DNA of 64,000 nucleotides from Escherichia coli (GTDB lineage Bacteria; Pseudomonadota; Gammaproteobacteria; Enterobacterales; Enterobacteriaceae): NCBI RefSeq assembly GCF_044324785.1, contig NZ_CP172129.1; one strand, 5' to 3'. Shown piece by piece: positions 58,104 to 64,000 of this stretch (position 1 is its first letter; each line of letters starts with the position of its first letter). The notes under the pieces were generated by a model. It saw only the letters and a program-made list of their open reading frames with translations, ran no database searches and was not told where the DNA came from. The position numbers and the translations under genes were made by a program.

Positions 58104-61100
58104 TGATGAGTATCGCGCAGGTCAGATCGGCCGGAAGTGCCGGTAACTATTATACCGACAAGGATAATTACTATGTGCTGGGCAGCATGGGAGAACGCTG
58201 GGCCGGCAGGGGGGCTGAACAGCTGGGACTGCAGGGCAGTGTCGATAAGGATGTTTTTACCCGTCTTCTGGAGGGCAGGCTGCCGGACGGAGCGGATCTA
58301 AGCCGCATGCAGGATGGCAGTAACAGGCATCGTCCCGGCTACGATCTGACCTTCTCCGCCCCCAAAAGTGTCTCCATGATGGCCATGTTAGGTGGCGATA
58401 AGCGCCTGATTGATGCACATAACCAGGCCGTGGACTTTGCTGTTCGTCAGGTGGAGGCGCTGGCCTCCACACGGGTGATGACGGACGGACAGTCAGAAAC
58501 GGTGCTGACCGGTAATCTGGTGATGGCACTGTTTAACCACGACACCAGTCGCGATCAGGAACCACAGTTACACACGCATGCGGTGGTGGCTAATGTCACG
58601 CAGCATAACGGCGAATGGAAGACACTTAGCAGTGACAAAGTGGGGAAAACGGGGTTCATTGAGAATGTGTACGCTAATCAGATTGCCTTTGGCAGGCTCT
58701 ACCGGGAAAAACTGAAAGAGCAGGTTGAGGCGCTGGGCTATGAAACCGAAGTGGTGGGTAAGCACGGTATGTGGGAGATGCCGGGCGTACCGGTGGAGGC
58801 CTTTTCCGGACGCTCACAGGCAATCCGGGAGGCCGTCGGGGAAGATGCCTCGCTGAAATCCCGGGATGTGGCGGCACTGGATACGCGAAAATCCAAACAG
58901 CACGTCGATCCTGAAGTCAGAATGGCTGAATGGATGCAGACGCTGAAGGAAACCGGGTTCGACATCCGGGCATATCGTGACGCGGCGGATCAGCGTGCGG
59001 AGACCCGCACGCAGGCGCCCGGGGCTGTTTCACAGGAGGGGCCGGATGTGCAGCAGGCGGTGACACAGGCCATTGCCGGATTAAGTGAACGAAAAGTGCA
59101 GTTTACGTACACGGACGTGCTGGCCAGAACGGTCGGCATACTGCCGCCGGAAAATGGTGTGATTGAGCGGGCCCGCGCCGGTATCGATGAGGCCATCAGC
59201 CGTGAGCAGCTCATTCCCCTCGATCGTGAGAAGGGGCTGTTCACGTCCGGGATTCATGTGCTCGATGAGCTGTCAGTCCGGGCACTCAGTCGTGACATCA
59301 TGAAACAGAACCGGGTGACCGTACATCCGGAGAAAAGTGTCCCCCGGACGGCTGGTTACAGCGATGCGGTCAGTGTTCTGGCACAGGACCGTCCGTCGCT
59401 GGCCATTGTGTCCGGGCAGGGCGGTGCAGCCGGGCAGCGTGAGCGGGTGGCTGAACTGGTCATGATGGTCCGGGAGCAGGGGCGGGAGGTGCAGATTATC
59501 GCTGCTGACCGTCGCTCGCAGATGAACCTGAAGCAGGATGAACGGCTGTCCGGTGAGCTGATAACCGGACGTCGTCAGTTGCTGGAAGGCATGGCCTTCA
59601 CGCCGGGCAGTACTGTTATCGTTGACCAGGGCGAAAAACTCTCCCTGAAAGAGACGTTAACCCTGCTGGACGGTGCCGCACGTCATAACGTACAGGTCCT
59701 GATAACCGACAGCGGGCAGCGAACCGGTACAGGCAGTGCGCTGATGGCCATGAAGGATGCCGGGGTGAACACATATCGCTGGCAGGGGGGAGAACAGCGA
59801 CCGGCCACCATCATCAGTGAACCGGACCGTAATGTCCGCTATGCCCGGCTGGCAGGAGATTTTGCGGCCAGCGTGAAAGCCGGAGAAGAGAGCGTGGCAC
59901 AGGTCAGCGGGGTACGGGAACAGGCCATACTGACACAGGCCATTCGCAGTGAGCTGAAAACACAGGGCGTGCTCGGACATCAGGAGGTGACCATGACGGC
60001 ACTGTCACCGGTCTGGCTGGACAGCCGGAGCCGTTATCTGCGGGATATGTACCGCCCGGGAATGGTGATGGAGCAGTGGAACCCGGAGACACGCAGTCAT
60101 GACCGCTATGTGATAGACCGGGTGACGGCGCAGAGTCACAGCCTGACCCTGCGGGATGCGCAGGGTGAAACGCAGGTGGTGCGTATTTCTTCTCTGGACA
60201 GCAGCTGGTCGCTGTTCCGGCCGGAAAAAATGCCGGTGGCAGACGGCGAGCGTCTGAGGGTGACAGGGAAAATTCCCGGACTCCGCGTCTCCGGCGGTGA
60301 CCGCCTGCAGGTGGCATCCGTCAGTGAAGATGCGATGACGGTTGTTGTGCCGGGGCGGGCTGAACCGGCCACCCTGCCTGTGGCTGATTCACCGTTCACG
60401 GCACTGAAGCTGGAGAACGGCTGGGTGGAAACGCCCGGGCATTCCGTCAGCGACAGTGCGAAGGTTTTTGCCTCCGTCACACAGATGGCAATGGACAACG
60501 CCACCCTGAACGGTCTGGCCCGCAGCGGTCGTGATGTCCGGCTGTATTCCTCACTGGATGAAACCCGTACTGCGGAAAAACTTGCCCGCCATCCCTCCTT
60601 TACGGTGGTTTCTGAGCAGATAAAGGCGCGTGCCGGTGAGACATTGCTGGAAACCGCTATCAGTCTGCAGAAAGCCTGGCTTCACACGCCGGCACAGCAG
60701 GCTATTCATCTGGCGCTTCCTGTGGTGGAAAGTAAAAACCTGGCCTTCAGCATGGTGGACCTGCTGACAGAGGTGAAGTCGTTTGCTGCAGAAGGAACCA
60801 GTTTTACTGAACTGGGAGGGGAAATCAATGCGCAGATAAAACGCGGTGATTTACTGTATGTGGATGTGGCAAAAGGCTATGGCACAGGCCTGCTGGTTTC
60901 CCGTGCGTCGTATGAGGCAGAAAAGAGCATTCTTCGCCATATTCTCGAAGGTAAGGAGGCGGTCACGCCGCTGATGGAGAGAGTACCTGGCGAACTCATG
61001 GAGAAACTGACATCAGGACAGCGTGCCGCTACCCGCATGATACTGGAAACGTCCGACCGTTTCACGGTGGTGCAGGGCTATGCCGGTGTGGGTAAGACCA

Positions 61101-63373
61101 CACAGTTCCGGGCGGTGATGTCAGCCGTGAACATGCTGCCGGAGAGTGAACGTCCCCGTGTCGTGGGGCTGGGGCCCACGCACCGTGCGGTCGGTGAGAT
61201 GCGCAGCGCCGGCGTGGATGCACAGACGCTGGCGTCCTTTCTGCATGACACGCAGCTGCTGCAGCGCAGCGGAGAAACGCCGGATTTCAGCAACACGCTG
61301 TTCCTGCTCGATGAGAGCTCAATGGTGGGCAATACCGACATGGCACGGGCATACGCCCTGATTGCGGCCGGTGGTGGTCGTGCCGTGGCCAGCGGTGATA
61401 CGGACCAGCTGCAGGCCATCGCGCCCGGTCAGCCCTTCCGTCTCCAGCAGACGCGCAGTGCTGCCGATGTGGCCATCATGAAGGAGATTGTGCGTCAGAC
61501 GCCGGAACTGCGGGAGGCGGTATACAGCCTGATTAACCGGGATGTGGAAAGGGCACTGTCCGGGCTTGAGAGTGTGAAACCGTCTCAGGTTCCCCGTCAG
61601 GAGGGCGCATGGGCACCGGAGCACTCCGTGACGGAGTTCAGTCACAGCCAGGAAGCGAAACTGGCAGAAGCGCAGCAGAAGGCGATGCTGAAAGGCGAGG
61701 CTTTCCCGGATATCCCCATGACACTGTATGAAGCCATTGTCCGCGACTATACCGGCAGGACACCGGAAGCACGGGAGCAGACGCTGATTGTCACACACCT
61801 GAATGAGGACCGGCGCGTACTGAACAGCATGATTCATGATGCACGGGAAAAGGCCGGTGAGCTGGGGAAAGAGCAGGTCATGGTGCCTGTCCTGAACACA
61901 GCGAATATACGTGACGGAGAACTGCGTCGTCTCTCCACCTGGGAGAATAACCCGGATGCCCTTGCCCTGGTGGATAGTGTGTATCACCGGATTGCCGGTA
62001 TCAGCAAGGATGACGGGCTGATAACCCTGGAGGATGCGGAAGGTAACACGCGGCTGATTTCGCCCCGGGAGGCGGTGGCTGAAGGCGTCACACTGTACAC
62101 CCCGGACACCATCCGGGTGGGAACCGGTGACCGGATGCGCTTCACGAAGAGTGACCGGGAGCGCGGTTATGTGGCCAACAGCGTCTGGACGGTGACAGCG
62201 GTTTCCGGTGACAGTGTCACGCTGTCGGACGGACAGCAGACCCGGGTGATTCGCCCCGGTCAGGAGCGGGCAGAGCAACATATTGACCTGGCCTATGCCA
62301 TCACCGCCCACGGTGCGCAGGGGGCAAGTGAAACCTTTGCCATTGCGCTTGAAGGCACGGAAGGCGGGCGGAAACAGATGGCCGGCTTTGAGTCGGCCTA
62401 CGTGGCCCTGTCGCGTATGAAGCAGCATGTGCAGGTGTACACCGATAACCGTCAGGGCTGGACGGATGCCATCAACAATGCCGTACAGAAAGGAACTGCC
62501 CACGATGTGCTGGAGCCGGGGTCTGACCGGGAGGTTATGAATGCAGAGCGGCTGTTCAGTACGGCACGGGAACTGCGGGACGTGGCGGCAGGCCGCGCCG
62601 TTCTTCGTCAGGCGGGACTTGCCGGGGGGGACAGTCCGGCACGGTTTATTGCACCTGGGCGCAAATATCCGCAGCCGTATGTGGCACTGCCGGCGTTTGA
62701 CCGTAACGGCAAGTCAGCCGGTATCTGGCTGAACCCGCTGACCACGGATGACGGAAACGGGCTGCGGGGATTCAGTGGTGAAGGCCGGGTGAAAGGCAGC
62801 GGGGATGCGCAGTTCGTGGCCCTGCAGGGCAGCCGTAACGGCGAGAGCCTGCTGGCGGATAACATGCAGGATGGCGTCCGGATTGCCCGTGATAACCCCG
62901 ACAGCGGTGTGGTGGTGAGAATCGCCGGTGAAGGCCGTCCGTGGAATCCCGGTGCCATCACCGGTGGCCGCGTGTGGGGGGATATCCCGGACAACAGCGT
63001 CCAGCCGGGAGCCGGAAATGGCGAACCGATCACGGCAGAGGTACTGGCACAGCGGCAGGCTGAAGAGGCCATCCGCCGTGAAACGGAACGCCGTGCGGAT
63101 GAAATTGTCCGTAAAATGGCAGAGAACAAACCTGACCTGCCGGACGGCAAAACAGAGCAGGCTGTCAGGGAGATTACCGGGCAGGAGCGTGACCGGGCTG
63201 CCATAACTGAACGGGAAGCCGCGCTGCCGGAGAGTGTACTGCGTGAACCACAACGGGAACGGGAAGCGGTCCGCGAGGTTGCCCGGGAAAACCTGCTGCA
63301 GGAGCGTCTGCAGCAGATGGAGCGGGATATGGTTCGTGACCTGCAGAAAGAGAAAACCCTGGGCGGAGACTGA
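58103..63373 (+). CDS. traI: Relaxase/helicase TraI
   Basis: 1756-aa ORF, N-terminal relaxase with HxH motif (QLHTHAVVANV), helicase Walker A GYAGVGKT. Confidence 0.9.
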   Translation: MMSIAQVRSAGSAGNYYTDKDNYYVLGSMGERWAGRGAEQLGLQGSVDKDVFTRLLEGRLPDGADLSRMQDGSNRHRPGYDLTFSAPKSVSMMAMLGGDKRLIDAHNQAVDFAVRQVEALASTRVMTDGQSETVLTGNLVMALFNHDTSRDQEPQLHTHAVVANVTQHNGEWKTLSSDKVGKTGFIENVYANQIAFGRLYREKLKEQVEALGYETEVVGKHGMWEMPGVPVEAFSGRSQAIREAVGEDASLKSRDVAALDTRKSKQHVDPEVRMAEWMQTLKETGFDIRAYRDAADQRAETRTQAPGAVSQEGPDVQQAVTQAIAGLSERKVQFTYTDVLARTVGILPPENGVIERARAGIDEAISREQLIPLDREKGLFTSGIHVLDELSVRALSRDIMKQNRVTVHPEKSVPRTAGYSDAVSVLAQDRPSLAIVSGQGGAAGQRERVAELVMMVREQGREVQIIAADRRSQMNLKQDERLSGELITGRRQLLEGMAFTPGSTVIVDQGEKLSLKETLTLLDGAARHNVQVLITDSGQRTGTGSALMAMKDAGVNTYRWQGGEQRPATIISEPDRNVRYARLAGDFAASVKAGEESVAQVSGVREQAILTQAIRSELKTQGVLGHQEVTMTALSPVWLDSRSRYLRDMYRPGMVMEQWNPETRSHDRYVIDRVTAQSHSLTLRDAQGETQVVRISSLDSSWSLFRPEKMPVADGERLRVTGKIPGLRVSGGDRLQVASVSEDAMTVVVPGRAEPATLPVADSPFTALKLENGWVETPGHSVSDSAKVFASVTQMAMDNATLNGLARSGRDVRLYSSLDETRTAEKLARHPSFTVVSEQIKARAGETLLETAISLQKAWLHTPAQQAIHLALPVVESKNLAFSMVDLLTEVKSFAAEGTSFTELGGEINAQIKRGDLLYVDVAKGYGTGLLVSRASYEAEKSILRHILEGKEAVTPLMERVPGELMEKLTSGQRAATRMILETSDRFTVVQGYAGVGKTTQFRAVMSAVNMLPESERPRVVGLGPTHRAVGEMRSAGVDAQTLASFLHDTQLLQRSGETPDFSNTLFLLDESSMVGNTDMARAYALIAAGGGRAVASGDTDQLQAIAPGQPFRLQQTRSAADVAIMKEIVRQTPELREAVYSLINRDVERALSGLESVKPSQVPRQEGAWAPEHSVTEFSHSQEAKLAEAQQKAMLKGEAFPDIPMTLYEAIVRDYTGRTPEAREQTLIVTHLNEDRRVLNSMIHDAREKAGELGKEQVMVPVLNTANIRDGELRRLSTWENNPDALALVDSVYHRIAGISKDDGLITLEDAEGNTRLISPREAVAEGVTLYTPDTIRVGTGDRMRFTKSDRERGYVANSVWTVTAVSGDSVTLSDGQQTRVIRPGQERAEQHIDLAYAITAHGAQGASETFAIALEGTEGGRKQMAGFESAYVALSRMKQHVQVYTDNRQGWTDAINNAVQKGTAHDVLEPGSDREVMNAERLFSTARELRDVAAGRAVLRQAGLAGGDSPARFIAPGRKYPQPYVALPAFDRNGKSAGIWLNPLTTDDGNGLRGFSGEGRVKGSGDAQFVALQGSRNGESLLADNMQDGVRIARDNPDSGVVVRIAGEGRPWNPGAITGGRVWGDIPDNSVQPGAGNGEPITAEVLAQRQAEEAIRRETERRADEIVRKMAENKPDLPDGKTEQAVREITGQERDRAAITEREAALPESVLREPQREREAVREVARENLLQERLQQMERDMVRDLQKEKTLGGD

Positions 63374-63392
63374 TACAGGAAGATAAACGCTG

Positions 63393-64000
63393 ATGACAAC
63401 GGATAACACGAACACGACACGTAACGATTCACTGGCTGCCCGGACCGATACCTGGTTGCAGTCGTTGCTGGTCTGGTCACCCGGACAGCGGGATATCATC
63501 AAAACGGTGGCACTGGTGCTGATGGTACTGGACCATGCAAACCGCATTCTGCATCTGGACCAGACGTGGATGTTTCTGGCCGGGCGTGGAGCCTTTCCGC
63601 TGTTTGCCCTGGTGTGGGGGCGGAATCTGTCCCGTCATGCGCATATCCGGCAGGTGGCCATTAACCGGCTGTGGGGATGGGCAGTGATTGCCCAGTTCTC
63701 GTATTATCTGGCCGGCTTTCCGTGGTATGAGGGGAATATCCTGTTTGCCTTTGCAGTGGCGGCACAGGTGCTGACGTGGTGTGAGACGCGCAGCTTGTGG
63801 CGTACTGCTGCGGCCATACTCCTGATGGCACTGTGGGGGCCTTTGTCCGGCACCAGTTACGGCATTACCGGGCTGCTGATGCTGGCAGTCAGTCACCGGC
63901 TGTACCGGGCGGAAGACAGAACGGAACGTCTGGCGCTGGTTGCATGCCTGCTGGCCGTGATTCCGGCACTTAACCTTGCCTCCAGTGATGCGGCGGCTGT
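63393..64000 (+). CDS. traX: F-pilin acetylase TraX, 5' part (runs off window end)
   Basis: Open frame from ATG at 63393 translating MTTDNTNTTRNDSLAARTDTWLQSLLVWSPGQRDIIKTVALVLMVLDHANRILHLDQTWMFLAGRGAFPLFALVWG; absent from ORF track because no stop lies within the window. Confidence 0.8.
   Translation, partial: MTTDNTNTTRNDSLAARTDTWLQSLLVWSPGQRDIIKTVALVLMVLDHANRILHLDQTWMFLAGRGAFPLFALVWGRNLSRHAHIRQVAINRLWGWAVIAQFSYYLAGFPWYEGNILFAFAVAAQVLTWCETRSLWRTAAAILLMALWGPLSGTSYGITGLLMLAVSHRLYRAEDRTERLALVACLLAVIPALNLASSDAAA

Overview
This window is a mosaic segment of an IncF-type (F/R100-like) conjugative plasmid from Enterobacteriaceae, carrying resistance, virulence, partition, leading-region and transfer modules. 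Left to right: (1) an RSF1010/IncQ-derived resistance remnant (sul2 start, repC, 5'-truncated repA) ending at an IS26; (2) the aerobactin locus (shiF-like MFS gene, Fur-box promoter, iucABCD, iutA) followed by an IS1; (3) the F-type partition system sopA-sopB-sopC, with only 8 sopC repeats; (4) an AT-rich two-gene cassette of unknown function next to an IS110-family transposase; (5) a leading region with klcA, an orphan adenine methyltransferase, ssb (C-terminus frameshifted), a ParB-like gene, psiB-psiA and hok/mok/sok, punctuated by three ~530-bp direct repeats that resemble ssDNA promoters (Frpo/ssi); (6) oriT and an almost complete tra operon from traM to the start of traX, with an IS5-family element and 4-bp TTAG duplication inserted between traS and traT. 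The best candidate for an undescribed system is the AT-rich two-gene cassette at about 16.7-17.5 kb; the hypothetical genes of the leading region are secondary candidates. All calls rest on reading the sequence and recalled family knowledge; no database search was run. Coordinates taken from the ORF track are exact, while boundaries read from the raw text (IS ends, repeats, small RNAs) may be off by 1-2 bp.
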